Source: Polyangia bacterium
GTDB lineage: Bacteria; Myxococcota_A; Polyangia; JAAYKL01
DNA: 64,000 bases
Assembly: GCA_050304755.1 (NCBI GenBank)
Contig: JBNLED010000095.1
Location: 7,635 to 71,634 of the forward strand
Direction: 5' to 3'
Shown: piece after piece, positions 48,048 through 58,065 of the stretch
How the letters are laid out: the number at the start of each line of letters is the position of its first letter
Numbering within the stretch: position 1 is the first letter of the stretch
Notes under the pieces: model-generated
The model's input: the letters and a program-made list of their open reading frames with translations, nothing else
Told to the model about the DNA's origin: nothing
Database searches by the model: none
Position numbers and translations under genes: made by a program

Positions 48048-49625
48048 ATGACACAATCCATGGTGGTAGCGCCGCAGAGCGAGGCAGCGGATATCGCGGC
48101 GGAGATTCTGGAGGCCGGGGGCAACGCGTTCGACGCGGCCATCGCCGGCGCCTTTGCGCAGGGGGTCGTGGATCCCCACCGCTCCGGCATCGGCGGGTTC
48201 GGCGCGGCGACCCTCATCGACGGGAAAACCGGCGAGGTGAGGAGCATCACGTATTTCGGCGCCGCCGGGGAGAAGGCGCGGCCGGACATGTGGCGGGACA
48301 TCCACGAGGGGCCCGCGCCGGACGGCTTCGGCTACATCCTCACCGGCAAGCTCAATGACGTGGGGTACAAGAGCGTCACCTTCCCCGGCATGGTCGCCGG
48401 CATGGGGGAGATCCACGCCCGCTACGGGAAGCTCCCCTGGGCAACCCTCCTCGAGTCTCCGGCGGCGCTGGCGAGGCGGGGCTTCCTCGTGGGCCCCCAG
48501 ATGGCGGCCTTCTGGCGGCGGCCCGGGCTCTTCGGGCGGGTCTCCACCCGCGACCGCCTCGGATTCACCGAGGCCGGCCGGGGGATCTGGCTCCGGGAAG
48601 GCGAGCCCCCGGAGGCCGGCGATGTCGTGAGGCTCGCGGATCTCGCGGCCACCTACGACCACCTCGCCCGGACCGGCGCGACAGATTTCTACACGGGCGA
48701 GCTGGGCGACACCATCTCGAGTGACTTCGAGGCCAACGACGCCCTGGTGACCCGGGCGGACATGACCGGCTACCGGTGCTCCTGGCGGGATCCCGTCCGG
48801 GGGACCTTCCTCGATCGGGAGGTCCTCTCGACGCCGCTCCCCGGAGGCGGCCCCGCCCTGCTCCAGGCCCTCAGGCTGGCCGAGACCCGCGGGCTGCTGG
48901 AGCTGCCGCTGAACAGCCCGGCGTATGTCGATCTGTTCGCCCGCATCTTCAGTGTCATCCAGGCCGACAGGGCCGCGAACCACTCGGACCCCGCCTTCGG
49001 CGGTCCGGCCTTCGAGACGCTGCTCACCGATGACTATCTGGATCGCCTCATGTCCGCCGAGGGAACCGCCGCGTCGATGGAGCCCAAGGACACCACGGAG
49101 ATCGCCGTCGCCGACAAGAAGGGCAACGCCATCGTCCTCTGCCACTCCCTGGGCTACGGCTCCGGTGTGTTCACCCCGGGTCTCGGCTTCATGTACAACA
49201 ACTGCATGAGCGGCTTCGACCCCGAGCCGGGCAAGCCGAGCTCCATCGCCCCCGGGAAGGCCCGCTCCACCGCCATCGCCCAGACGGTGCTCACCCGCAA
49301 CGGTACGCCGGAGCTCATCCTCGGCGCCCCCGGAGGCTCCCACATCACGGCGGGGCTGGCCCAGGCCATCGTCAATGTTGTCCACTTCGGCTGCGATCTC
49401 CAGGACGCGGTCTGCCGCCCCCGCCTGGACGCCTACCGCAACACGCTGCTCATGGAGTCCCGCATGCCCTACAACCTGGAGGACTCCCTCGCTGCGACGT
49501 GGCAGATAAAACGGAGCCCCAGCCCCTTCGGCATGGTGGGCAGGGTGTACGCCATCGCCTTCACCGAAAAGGGCCTGCGCCCCGGCTACGATCCCGGAGA
49601 ACCGGCCTCCGTGAGGGAGGTGTAG
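48048..49625 (+). CDS. ggt: Gamma-glutamyltranspeptidase
   Basis: AGAGGA RBS. GGNAFDAAIAGAFAQGVVDPHRSGIGGFG N-terminus. Autoprocessing/nucleophile site TTEIAVADKKGNA. GAPGGSHI. 525 aa. Confidence 0.9.
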   Translation: MTQSMVVAPQSEAADIAAEILEAGGNAFDAAIAGAFAQGVVDPHRSGIGGFGAATLIDGKTGEVRSITYFGAAGEKARPDMWRDIHEGPAPDGFGYILTGKLNDVGYKSVTFPGMVAGMGEIHARYGKLPWATLLESPAALARRGFLVGPQMAAFWRRPGLFGRVSTRDRLGFTEAGRGIWLREGEPPEAGDVVRLADLAATYDHLARTGATDFYTGELGDTISSDFEANDALVTRADMTGYRCSWRDPVRGTFLDREVLSTPLPGGGPALLQALRLAETRGLLELPLNSPAYVDLFARIFSVIQADRAANHSDPAFGGPAFETLLTDDYLDRLMSAEGTAASMEPKDTTEIAVADKKGNAIVLCHSLGYGSGVFTPGLGFMYNNCMSGFDPEPGKPSSIAPGKARSTAIAQTVLTRNGTPELILGAPGGSHITAGLAQAIVNVVHFGCDLQDAVCRPRLDAYRNTLLMESRMPYNLEDSLAATWQIKRSPSPFGMVGRVYAIAFTEKGLRPGYDPGEPASVREV

Positions 49626-49660
49626 CTTTCGGGGAGGAAGAATGGACGGGGTCCCTTCCC

Positions 49661-50299
49661 CTAACGCCCCACAATCCCCAGCCAGTCCCTGAGCAGGAAC
49701 AGCACCCGCTCGATGAGCACGTAGACCCGTGACATGATGGTGTAGCTGAAGGTGGCGCCGAAGCCGATCATCAGGGTCCAGATGCCAACCTTGGCGGTCC
49801 CCCCGACGACCCCCGCGTGGGCCTTGGAGAAGAAGAAATAGATCAGGGCGGCCACGGTACCGATGACGAGGAGGCTGTTCCCGATGATGACGTCCGCGCT
49901 ACCGTTCAGGGGAAGGCCGATGGTGCCGGAGAGCTGGGCGAGGATCTGGGACTCCATCATGGTGGGGATGACCATGCCCATGTCGATGGCGACCCAGAAG
50001 GCGAGGGCCAGCCGGTAGAGGTCCTCGAGCTTCTCGATGTACTTGCAGGTCCAGAAGAAGCAGAGGGCCGCCGCGCCGAACAGGTGCTGCTCCCGATCGA
50101 GGCCATGCTGCCAGAGGGGGGTGATGAGCTCGGGCATCAGCACGTTGTTCCAGTAGGTGCAGACGAGGTAGCCGGTGGAGAGCCCCACCAGGAGGTGCTC
50201 GGCCAGGCAGAAGAGGGGGTTGTCCTTGTAGAGGAACGAGAAGACCGAGAGGGTCAACAGCGCCGCGATCCAGACATAGGGGTCGTGGGAGAGGCTCAT
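49661..50299 (-). CDS. Hypothetical polytopic membrane protein (gene 4 of a four-gene coupled operon)
   Basis: 212 aa, ~6 TM helices. ATGA overlap with the upstream gene's stop. Confidence 0.5.
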   Translation of the reverse strand: MSLSHDPYVWIAALLTLSVFSFLYKDNPLFCLAEHLLVGLSTGYLVCTYWNNVLMPELITPLWQHGLDREQHLFGAAALCFFWTCKYIEKLEDLYRLALAFWVAIDMGMVIPTMMESQILAQLSGTIGLPLNGSADVIIGNSLLVIGTVAALIYFFFSKAHAGVVGGTAKVGIWTLMIGFGATFSYTIMSRVYVLIERVLFLLRDWLGIVGR

Positions 50300-51162
50300 C
50301 CCCGCCTCCTCCGTCCCGACTTCCGCCCGGCGAAGTAGCCGACGTTGCCGAGGATGATGAACCCGAGAATGACGAACAGGGCCAGCGACTGGGAGCCGAG
50401 GTTGCGAGTGGCGTCGCCGGTGCGGGACATGGCCCCCTCTTTGACGAACAGCGTCTCGAGTTCCGCCCCCGCCCTGCCCCCGGCGATGAGCCCCTTGACC
50501 TGTCCGGTCTGGAGGAACGGATAGTAGTCGGTGGCCAGCACCGCGGTGGTTCCCATGATAAAGTCGATGTCCCTTGGAGAGACCACGAAGTTGATCCAGT
50601 GGCGGGGGTTGGCGTTGGAGGCGATATCGATCACCACGCTCGCGTCTTCTAGGCTCTCCACCCCATTCATGATGGGGATCTCCTCGATGGGCGTCCCCCT
50701 GTCGTCCTCGTGATAGACCGACGCGATGGAGGTCCCCATCTTGTACATGGAGATGTGGTAGGCCCCGGCGTACCCCAGAAAGACGTAGTCCTCGCCGTAG
50801 GTGAGACCGTACTCCTTTTCCATGGCCGCCAGGTATCGCCGGGTATACGCGGCGGCGCTCTCATAGGTGGTGAGGAAGATGGTCTCCTTCTTCTCGTGGA
50901 AGAGCTTGTGCATAAGGGCCAGCGCGATGGGCTCCATCTCGGAGACGGACTGGTTGCCGAAGGCGAGCTCCACGACGACGGGCCTGTCTGACCGGATGGC
51001 CGCCTCGAGGGCCTCGACGAACTGGAGGGTCTCTTCACTGGGGGCGGCGTGAAACCGGACCGGTGCGAGGAACGGGACGATCACCGCGACGGCCATCACG
51101 ATATAGATTACCCGACGGTCAATCCGTGAAAGCCGCGCCAGGCGGGTCCGCATCCCAGACAT
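50296..51162 (-). CDS. Hypothetical bitopic membrane protein with soluble middle domain (gene 3 of operon)
   Basis: 288 aa. N-terminal TM (VIYIVMAVAVIVPFLAPV), ~200-aa soluble region, C-terminal TM (SLALFVILGFIILGNVGYFAG), basic tail. Start abuts the stop of the upstream gene. Confidence 0.5.
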   Translation of the reverse strand: MSGMRTRLARLSRIDRRVIYIVMAVAVIVPFLAPVRFHAAPSEETLQFVEALEAAIRSDRPVVVELAFGNQSVSEMEPIALALMHKLFHEKKETIFLTTYESAAAYTRRYLAAMEKEYGLTYGEDYVFLGYAGAYHISMYKMGTSIASVYHEDDRGTPIEEIPIMNGVESLEDASVVIDIASNANPRHWINFVVSPRDIDFIMGTTAVLATDYYPFLQTGQVKGLIAGGRAGAELETLFVKEGAMSRTGDATRNLGSQSLALFVILGFIILGNVGYFAGRKSGRRRRG

Positions 51163-51163
51163 C

Positions 51164-51799
51164 TCACCGGTCCTTTTTCAAGAGGGTCTTGTCGACGCCG
51201 ACGATGGTCTTGACGGCCACCGAGATGGCCCCGAGGGCCACGCCGATGATGATGGCCCGCTTGGCCGCTGTGTTGGGATACTTGAGGAGAAACGCCGCGC
51301 CCTCCCGGATCGCGCCCACGTTGTTCTCCACCACGGGGATGAGCGCCAGGATCACGATGGTCGCCGAGACGAGGAGCACGGTGGCGTTGACGGAGCGGGC
51401 CCGGAACGCGCGGAACGCGGCGGAGGCCACGAAGAAGGCGAGCAGGGAGAACATGGTGGCCTCGAGGGGCATTATCAGGTGCTCGAACCAGGTGGAGAAC
51501 AGGCTCCCCTCCTGCATCCCGTACCGCATCCCCACGAAGATCATGGCGCCGGCGGAGAGGAGGGTGATGACGGAGTAGCCGTACCGCGGCTCCCGTTTCC
51601 GGATCCGCTTCAGGTGCATCCAGAGCAGGCTGAGGCACGCCACCAGCAGCATCGTGGAGCTGAGGGGCTGCTTCCACTGCAGCATGATGGCGCCGGGTTT
51701 CTGCAGGTAGGGGTGGGGGATGTAGTAGTGGGCCACGAAGAAGAGGCCGAGCACGGTCATGAGCACGAACGGCGCGCGATACCCGAGCTTCCCCATCAT
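51164..51799 (-). CDS. Hypothetical polytopic membrane protein (gene 2 of operon)
   Basis: ~211 aa from MMGKLGYRAPFVLMTVLGLFF. ~6 TM helices. ATGA overlap with the upstream gene's stop at 51796. The ORF extends to 51838. Confidence 0.5.
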   Translation of the reverse strand: MMGKLGYRAPFVLMTVLGLFFVAHYYIPHPYLQKPGAIMLQWKQPLSSTMLLVACLSLLWMHLKRIRKREPRYGYSVITLLSAGAMIFVGMRYGMQEGSLFSTWFEHLIMPLEATMFSLLAFFVASAAFRAFRARSVNATVLLVSATIVILALIPVVENNVGAIREGAAFLLKYPNTAAKRAIIIGVALGAISVAVKTIVGVDKTLLKKDR

Positions 51800-52716
51800 T
51801 TTCCCCCCGAGACGAGGTGTTTCAGGCCCGCCGCCCACTCTGCCGCGCCGTCCAGACCGAGGGCGCTGAGCATCATGAGGAGAAATCCGGCGAGGATCAG
51901 CCCCCCGATCCCGACCTTGAACCAGTCGTGGGCCACGATGGTCGCCCGGCTCACCGGATCGCCGCTCACCAGGGCCCCCGCGGCGAACAGCTCCTCGCCG
52001 ATGAGGGTGTAATCACAGGTGGTGATGAAGAAGGGGAGCTGGGAGGTGGAGTCGCAGCCGCCGATCTGTCGGGCGCCCACGGCGTTTCCGGTCTCGGCGA
52101 GGATCAGGGACTCCGAGTAGAAGTGGCCGATGAGGAAGTTGGCGGCCACCCGCTTCCGGGTCATCATCCCCACCACGGCCATCGTGTAAGTCATGTGTCG
52201 CGAGGTGAGGTAGGCCACATCATCGGGGGAGAAGTCCTCCCCCCTCCCGGCTCGGAAGAAGGCGTCCTTCACCACGCTCCGCGCCACCGGAAACGTGAGG
52301 GTGCTGAAGTTGGGGACATTGACCCCGCACCGGAGCTTCGCGGCGCGGTGGGCCACCTCGGAGAGGATGGACATGGAGGCCGCGGTGGCCGGATCGCTCA
52401 CGTCCGTGAGCCCGGGGACATAGGCGATGGGGCGCCCCATCTCGGCGGCGCGACCCACCGCGTCATTGAGGGCCTCGAGCCCGTGAATCGGTCGGATATA
52501 GACGACCTTTCCCCGCCGGCTTCTATACATCAGGATGAAGAAGGCCGCGGAGAAGAGCGCCACCGCGACGAGATTCGCCGCCCGGTCCTCGCGAAACCAC
52601 CGGATCTTTTTTGAAGTATCATTTTCGACGGATGGGGTGTGGGGGGCGGCGGATACCAAGACCGGCACCGCGATAGCGATGAGGAGTATCAACAAGGCTA
52701 CTAGTCGGGGTCGCAT
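51796..52716 (-). CDS. Hypothetical bitopic membrane protein with soluble middle domain (gene 1 of operon)
   Basis: 306 aa. Signal/TM MRPRLVALLILLIAIAVPVLVSAA, second TM, ~200-aa soluble region, C-terminal TM (GIGGLILAGFLLMMLSALG). Same architecture as the gene at 50296-51162. Confidence 0.5.
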   Translation of the reverse strand: MRPRLVALLILLIAIAVPVLVSAAPHTPSVENDTSKKIRWFREDRAANLVAVALFSAAFFILMYRSRRGKVVYIRPIHGLEALNDAVGRAAEMGRPIAYVPGLTDVSDPATAASMSILSEVAHRAAKLRCGVNVPNFSTLTFPVARSVVKDAFFRAGRGEDFSPDDVAYLTSRHMTYTMAVVGMMTRKRVAANFLIGHFYSESLILAETGNAVGARQIGGCDSTSQLPFFITTCDYTLIGEELFAAGALVSGDPVSRATIVAHDWFKVGIGGLILAGFLLMMLSALGLDGAAEWAAGLKHLVSGGK

Positions 52717-52904
52717 TCCACTAGGTTGTAAGCAGTTTTGGGCGTCCAGAGCAAAAAACCGGCGATTTCGATGATACGAACAGGGCAGATTCGGAAATGG
52801 TTTCCTAACCCTCCGGTTCGGTGGTATTTTCGAGAATGTAATCTGATACGGGTATCCGGGGGGACAACAATCGGGACGATGTCTGATTAGTAAGGAGATT
52901 AATA

Positions 52905-54569
52905 ATGAGATACCGAATTTATATGCTGTCGTTCGCGCTGGCGGCCCTTCTCGGCGAGAACGGGTGTCGTACGGTCGACTCCGGCAAAGACGATGATACA
53001 GGGTCAGATGAAATGGAAACGGGCTCCGACGGTGACGCTGACGGCGACGGCGATGCCGACGGGGATGGGGACACGGACGCGGACACCGACGCGGACTCCG
53101 ATAGTGACGGGGATTCCGACGCCGACACTGACAGCGACACTGACAGCGACACTGACAGTGACACTGACAGTGACACTGACGCGGACACCGACGCAGACAC
53201 CGATGCGGATTCCGACGTGGACGCTGACGGTGACGGAGACACCGATATGGATGTGGATATGGACGTAGATATGGACGTGGACATGGATACGGACATGGAT
53301 GTGGATTCGGATACAGATGCGGACACGGACGCGGACTCGGATACCGAAATGGAATGCGGCACCGAAGAGCTCCTCGACAGCCCCTTCGTCATGTACGCCG
53401 AGGATCTCGCGGCGCTCGAAGGGATCACCTGGATCCGGGGAGATCTAACCCTGGTCGGCAGCGAGACCGATGACCTCTCGGCCCCGTCCGCCCTCCAGTG
53501 TGTCGAAGGCGCTATCGATTTCGAACGAACCGGGCTGACGAGCCTCGAGGGGCTGGAAGGGCTGGCGTCGGTCGCGATGGGTTTCGTGATTCGCGACAAC
53601 CTCCTCCTCGAGACCCTCGATCCTTTGAGAGAGGATATCGTCATCGCCACCGGAGGCTCGATCGATATTGAAGACAACGCCTCCCTGCTGTCCATCGAGG
53701 GGTTCACGGCCATCGAGGCTCTCAGCCTGGTTCATATAGAGGGCAACTCCCGCCTCCAGATAGTGTCGGGGCTCTCTTCGCTCGAGAGCAGCGGAGAGTT
53801 ACTTATTGTAGGGAATGACGCATTGGAGAGCCTCATCGGCCTGAATAACTATATCGGGACTGGCCGGCTGGTGATCTCCGACAACGACAGCCTCATGACC
53901 CTCGACGGCTTCAATATACTCTCCTCCGTCGGGGAGGCCGTCATCTCGGACAACGACGCGCTCCTCGATCTGGCGGGGCTGATCAATTTCGTCAGCGGCA
54001 GCCCCCTGACGATACAGGGAAACGCGAGTCTCGTCAGCCTCCAGGGCCTCGAGAGCTATGTCGGCGGTTCCTATCTGACCATCGATGACAACGACAGCCT
54101 CACCAGCCTGGACGGTCTGGAGGTCTTCACCGGGGGCGGCGGGTTCACCCTCTCCAACAACGACAGCCTCGTGGACACGTCAGGGCTGGCGGGCTTCAGG
54201 GGGACCGGTACCATCGAAATCATCAACAACGACAGCCTCGCCGCGATTGGTGGATTCGATCTGATGACAGCGACGGGCAATATCATCATCGAGGACAATG
54301 ATCAGCTCTCGGATCTCGACGGGTTCTCCAACCTTGACAGCACCTCCGGTGTGACCATCAACGACAACGCGATCCTGGCGGATCTGACCCCCTTCCTGTC
54401 GTTGGAGACCATCGGCTCCGCCGAGATCACCGGCAACCCGTCGCTCCCCTACTGCGCGGTGTGTGACGCGTTCGCAGAGAAGCTCGCCGACGGGCTCATC
54501 GCGTTCTGCGATGCCAACCTGGAGGACGACTGCTGGGAGAACGACCAGCTCGTCTGTGACTCGATCTAA
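52905..54569 (+). CDS. Lipoprotein with acidic Asp-Thr/Ser/Met dipeptide-repeat tract, then ~22-aa LRR-like repeats and a Cys-rich C-terminus
   Basis: Signal peptide with lipobox-like LLGENGC. ~120 aa of [41 protein letters not shown]...[15 protein letters not shown]. Then repeats of the form LxSLxGLxxxxGxLxIxDNDSL. C-terminal [36 protein letters not shown]. Confidence 0.7.
   Translation: MRYRIYMLSFALAALLGENGCRTVDSGKDDDTGSDEMETGSDGDADGDGDADGDGDTDADTDADSDSDGDSDADTDSDTDSDTDSDTDSDTDADTDADTDADSDVDADGDGDTDMDVDMDVDMDVDMDTDMDVDSDTDADTDADSDTEMECGTEELLDSPFVMYAEDLAALEGITWIRGDLTLVGSETDDLSAPSALQCVEGAIDFERTGLTSLEGLEGLASVAMGFVIRDNLLLETLDPLREDIVIATGGSIDIEDNASLLSIEGFTAIEALSLVHIEGNSRLQIVSGLSSLESSGELLIVGNDALESLIGLNNYIGTGRLVISDNDSLMTLDGFNILSSVGEAVISDNDALLDLAGLINFVSGSPLTIQGNASLVSLQGLESYVGGSYLTIDDNDSLTSLDGLEVFTGGGGFTLSNNDSLVDTSGLAGFRGTGTIEIINNDSLAAIGGFDLMTATGNIIIEDNDQLSDLDGFSNLDSTSGVTINDNAILADLTPFLSLETIGSAEITGNPSLPYCAVCDAFAEKLADGLIAFCDANLEDDCWENDQLVCDSI
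53131..53190. repeat. Perfect tandem 12-nt repeat (gacactgacagc/t x5) inside the acidic tract of the 52905-54569 gene
   Basis: gacactgacagcgacactgacagcgacactgacagtgacactgacagtgacactgac read directly. In-frame unit encoding DTDS. Confidence 0.8.
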
Positions 54570-55495
54570 AACCCCACGCCGAGGCCCAGCTGCCCTGAGG
54601 GGGTGTAGAGCCCGCGCTCCCCGAACAGGGGCGAGTCCTGATCCTTGACCTTGAGGAAGGGGATGAACCCGGCGGCGAACAGGTCCAGGTCGAAGTCGTA
54701 GATCCGCAGGAATCTGACCCCCAACCTGAAGAACGCTTGGGGCATGACCTCATTGATGGCCTCGGTGTCGGGCGCGCCGTCGATCATCAGGCGTCCCTCG
54801 TACCGCAGGTAGTGGGCGCCGAGGCCGCCGCCGAAATAGAAGGTGGTGCTGGAGAGCTCGCTCACCTCATAGATGAGGCCGAGATCCAAACCGCTGGAGA
54901 TGCGGAGGCCGCTCTCCCCCACCGCCCACTTCCCGGGCCGCCCGGCGAGGTGAACGCGCGCGAAGATTTGCAGATGATCCGCCCCGCGGGTGGCGGAGAA
55001 GGCCGCGCCGGAGGCATAGGAGAGGCGCCCCTCCCCTCTTCCTAAAATCTCGAAGATCTCCGCCCGCCAGCAGTTGTTGCCCTTCTTGAGCAGCGAGTGG
55101 GAGGCCCGCTCGATCCTGGAGTAGCGGCTGATGTCCTTGGTGAGGTGCACCGGATCGCTGCCGAGCACCAGGGAGAGGGCGCGCTTGAGGACCGCCGCCA
55201 TCTCGTCCGCCTTCTCCAGTCGGTAACGCACCGGCACCTCCCGACCGATCCGAGCGGTCAGGTATCGGTCCCCTTCGGCCAAGAACCGCTTCACCAGGAG
55301 GGTGGTCTCGCAGCCCGCTTCAACGACCCGGTGGCTGGGATGCCGCGCGACCTCCGACAGCACCAGCTCCCGCAACCCCGCTTCGTCGCTGTCGGACGCC
55401 ACCTCGACACACACCCTGACCGGCGCCGCTCTTCCGAAGACCGCGGCGGTTCCGATGCAGAGAAGGACCCAGCAGAAAAGCAACCGGCGCCTCAC
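54566..55495 (-). CDS. Hypothetical secreted or outer-membrane protein (C-terminal beta-barrel-like, terminal Phe)
   Basis: Signal peptide MRRRLLFCWVLLCIGTAAVFGRAAP. C-terminus ...GQLGLGVGF. Confidence 0.5.
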   Translation of the reverse strand: MRRRLLFCWVLLCIGTAAVFGRAAPVRVCVEVASDSDEAGLRELVLSEVARHPSHRVVEAGCETTLLVKRFLAEGDRYLTARIGREVPVRYRLEKADEMAAVLKRALSLVLGSDPVHLTKDISRYSRIERASHSLLKKGNNCWRAEIFEILGRGEGRLSYASGAAFSATRGADHLQIFARVHLAGRPGKWAVGESGLRISSGLDLGLIYEVSELSSTTFYFGGGLGAHYLRYEGRLMIDGAPDTEAINEVMPQAFFRLGVRFLRIYDFDLDLFAAGFIPFLKVKDQDSPLFGERGLYTPSGQLGLGVGF

Positions 55496-55511
55496 GAAGA
55501 CCTCCTCGTCC

Positions 55512-56765
55512 CTAAAAGATGATCCCGAGCTTCACAGAGATTCCGGGAAACCAGGTGTCGACGGTCCCATGGTTGTTCTCGCTCTTCGCCACGTAGGCCG
55601 GCAGGTTGACCTCCCCCTGGAGCAGAAACTGGACCGCGCTGGCCCGCATGAACTCCCAACCGAAGACGAGATCCACATCCAGACCGCCGCTCAGCATGTA
55701 GCTCCGGTCCTTCTTGTCGCGATCCGCCGCCGCCTTGACCGCGGAGAACCAGAGGAGCTCGAAGGTGCTCCCCGCCCCCATGTAGAAGGAGATGAGCCCG
55801 CGGGGATCGAAGTAGCGCAGGAAGTGGATCCCGAACCCCGCGCCCCCGCCGAAGTCGATGTGTCCCCCCGCCGGATTCTTTCGCACGGCGGTCTTGTTGG
55901 TGCCGATACCGAGGATGGCCATGGCCTCGAGCCCCCAGTTCTCGAAGCGCCCCCGGTATCCCAGCGAGGTGGTGAAGGGGGTCACCACGCGGATCCGCTT
56001 CTCCACCTCTCCCACGGTGCCCCGGGCCGAATCTTCGATGGCGGTGCGGAACCTGCCGCCGCGGAGCTGGGTGCCCACGCTGAGCACGAAATGGTTGGTG
56101 CCCCGGATGCGCTGCACCGATCTCATGGAGTCCGCCTTGAGCACGTTCTCCCGGTTGATGGTCTCGCTGATGGAGACGTCGTTCAATACCGCGAGCACCG
56201 CCCGCTCGGCGAACTGGCTGAGCTCGTCGGGGAAGAGCGCGTCCACCCGCTCCTCCCGCCCGGTGCCGGAGTACCGGACGAAGACGGTCCACCCCTGCGT
56301 CAGGGGATAGAGCTCCACCCGGATGGTCTCCTTACACGACGTCTCCACCGCGATGTAGCCGGGTTGATGGGTCACATAGTGCTCCATCAGCCGCTTCAAA
56401 TAGAGGATGGAAGTTTGATCGTGGGGATGCGCGGGGGGCTCGTTTTCATCCGAACCGGGAGGAGGGGCAGGGGTCTCCATCGGCGGAGATGTCGCTTGGC
56501 GCTCTCCATCCATCACTTCCGCCTGCGGCGCTCCGCCATCGTTCACCATACCTTCGACCGTTTCGTTGGGCGTGTCGGAGACGGGGGATGTCTCGGGGTG
56601 TATCTCGGCGGAGACATCGGATGCTCTGCTCTCTGTTGTTTCGTTCTGAAGGTCTTGCAACGCAATATCCACGCAAATAGCGGTATTCTCAGCCCTCGCC
56701 TTCAATGATGTAACCATAAGGATACCGAAAATCAGGACCCTCAACCCCCATTGAAACTGCCCCAT
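55512..56765 (-). CDS. Hypothetical outer-membrane beta-barrel protein with Pro/Glu-rich N-terminal region
   Basis: Start at MGQFQWGLRVLIFGILMVTSLKARA (AAGGAG RBS 8 nt upstream). C-terminal beta-strands ending ...GISVKLGIIF. The ORF extends to 56885. Confidence 0.5.
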   Translation of the reverse strand: MGQFQWGLRVLIFGILMVTSLKARAENTAICVDIALQDLQNETTESRASDVSAEIHPETSPVSDTPNETVEGMVNDGGAPQAEVMDGERQATSPPMETPAPPPGSDENEPPAHPHDQTSILYLKRLMEHYVTHQPGYIAVETSCKETIRVELYPLTQGWTVFVRYSGTGREERVDALFPDELSQFAERAVLAVLNDVSISETINRENVLKADSMRSVQRIRGTNHFVLSVGTQLRGGRFRTAIEDSARGTVGEVEKRIRVVTPFTTSLGYRGRFENWGLEAMAILGIGTNKTAVRKNPAGGHIDFGGGAGFGIHFLRYFDPRGLISFYMGAGSTFELLWFSAVKAAADRDKKDRSYMLSGGLDVDLVFGWEFMRASAVQFLLQGEVNLPAYVAKSENNHGTVDTWFPGISVKLGIIF

Positions 56766-57094
56766 AGTCATCTCCTTCTGCTGGGTGACCAGCACACGTA
56801 TCCCGCTGGATGCAGCGATCCCGAGTGTCGATTCACTCTTTGTTTCCAGCGGTTTACAAACCAGAGCAAGCAAATGGTATGCCAAGGGGGATCATCTCTG
56901 TTTGTCTTAATATAGAGGGTGATAACAGGTATTGATGTGGCTCTGAGGACACTTCGGCGTGTGTTGATTTTTCACAGTTTCGGGAAAGGGGGGCTTTCTT
57001 ACGGATGAACACAGACGAACACGGAGTTCCAAGAGCGGTCCATGCCGTCCGTGCTCATCCAGGTTGTTGGTGTAATCCAAGGAAGGGATCTCGG

Positions 57095-57166
57095 AGCGGG
57101 ACACGGGAGTCGAACCCGCGACTTCCAGCTTGGGAAGCTAGCACTCTACCACTGAGTTAGTCCCGC
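57095..57166 (-). tRNA. tRNA-Gly (anticodon CCC)
   Basis: Minus-strand sequence GCGGGACTAACTCAGTGGTAGAGTGCTAGCTTCCCAAGCTGGAAGTCGCGGGTTCGACTCCCGTGTCCCGCT folds as a cloverleaf. 7-bp acceptor stem GCGGGAC/GTCCCGC, anticodon stem CUAGC/GCUGG with loop UUCCCAA, T-loop TTCGACT, discriminator U. CCA not fully encoded (CC only). Confidence 0.85.
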
Positions 57167-57238
57167 GTGATACAGTGCGTTCTTGATAATCAACCTTGAG
57201 GCCGGAGTCAACCTTAAAATACTGCCCTTCGCGCACAA

Positions 57239-57997
57239 TCAGGAATGACGTCTGCTGAAATCGAGGAGCCCCTTCTCCTCCCCCAGGATGTACACCGTAT
57301 AGGTGATGGCCCAGGCGCCGACCACGTCGATGGTGTAGTGGATGTGGCTCAGGAAGACAATGACAACGACGATAATATGAGCGATGAGAGAGACCGTCGA
57401 GATTCGGGGATACCGCCTGCAGTACAACCACAGGAGGAAGGTGCTGGCGGTGTGCCCGGAGAAGAAGAGGTCCTTGGTCAGATAGAGGTTGGGCACCGCG
57501 TCCATCAGGGCGGAGACCGGATTGATGATGCCGATCCAGGTGGGCAGGACCTGGTCGAGGGGAAGCCCGGCGTTGACATCCGGTCCCCGCACCGGCCCCA
57601 GGCTGGTGGCCACCACCGTGAGCCCGCGGAGCAGGCTGAGGATCCCCCCCAGATACAGAAAGTTGACGAACCGGTCCCGATCCACCCGCCAGAGCCAGAT
57701 GCCGACGGGGAAGTAGAACAGGAGCCAGAGGTGGAAATTATACCGGGACACGGTCGGCAGGTAGGGGACCACCTCGAGAATGCGGTCACTGAGGGAGGGG
57801 GCGGGGATCCGTTCGGAGAGCAGCGTCATGAGCACCATGAGCGAGTGGGTGGCGTAGCGCCAGAAAAGGGCGAGCCAGATACGGTCCCAGAAGCCACGGA
57901 GCATTTGGTTCGACTTGAGCCAGGGCAACAGGAGCTCCTTTCTATCAACGGCGGTGGAGCGCTCCCCGTGTGTTACACAATACATCGGGAAAATCAT
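57239..57997 (-). CDS. PAP2_C / sphingomyelin-synthase-like phosphatase-superfamily membrane protein
   Basis: Motifs FFSGHTAST and SHIHYTIDVVGAW (PAP2 C2/C3 as in SMS/IPC-synthase-like proteins). ~6 TM helices. Start uncertain (MIFPMYC chosen; the ORF extends to 58078). Confidence 0.55.
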   Translation of the reverse strand: MIFPMYCVTHGERSTAVDRKELLLPWLKSNQMLRGFWDRIWLALFWRYATHSLMVLMTLLSERIPAPSLSDRILEVVPYLPTVSRYNFHLWLLFYFPVGIWLWRVDRDRFVNFLYLGGILSLLRGLTVVATSLGPVRGPDVNAGLPLDQVLPTWIGIINPVSALMDAVPNLYLTKDLFFSGHTASTFLLWLYCRRYPRISTVSLIAHIIVVVIVFLSHIHYTIDVVGAWAITYTVYILGEEKGLLDFSRRHS

Positions 57998-58065
57998 GGT
58001 TTTTTTTAGAGGGGGGTGAACTATACTAATTGTGGTTCCCCCATTCCGACACCAAGAGAGGACAA

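Noticed and set aside
49626-49660. Imperfect hairpin (GAAG-aat-GGAC-ggg-GTCC-c-CTTC) between convergent ggt and the membrane operon as a bidirectional terminator
   Set aside because: The stem is short and interrupted, and no U-tract is present on either strand. Too weak to call.
57095-57166. tRNA-Gly as an integration site of a genomic island
   Set aside because: No integrase, no direct repeat of the tRNA 3' end, and flanking genes are ordinary (OMP, PAP2). No evidence of an island.
57245-58009. 254-aa plus-strand ORF
   Set aside because: Antisense to the PAP2_C membrane protein gene, which carries conserved SGHT and HYTxD motifs.
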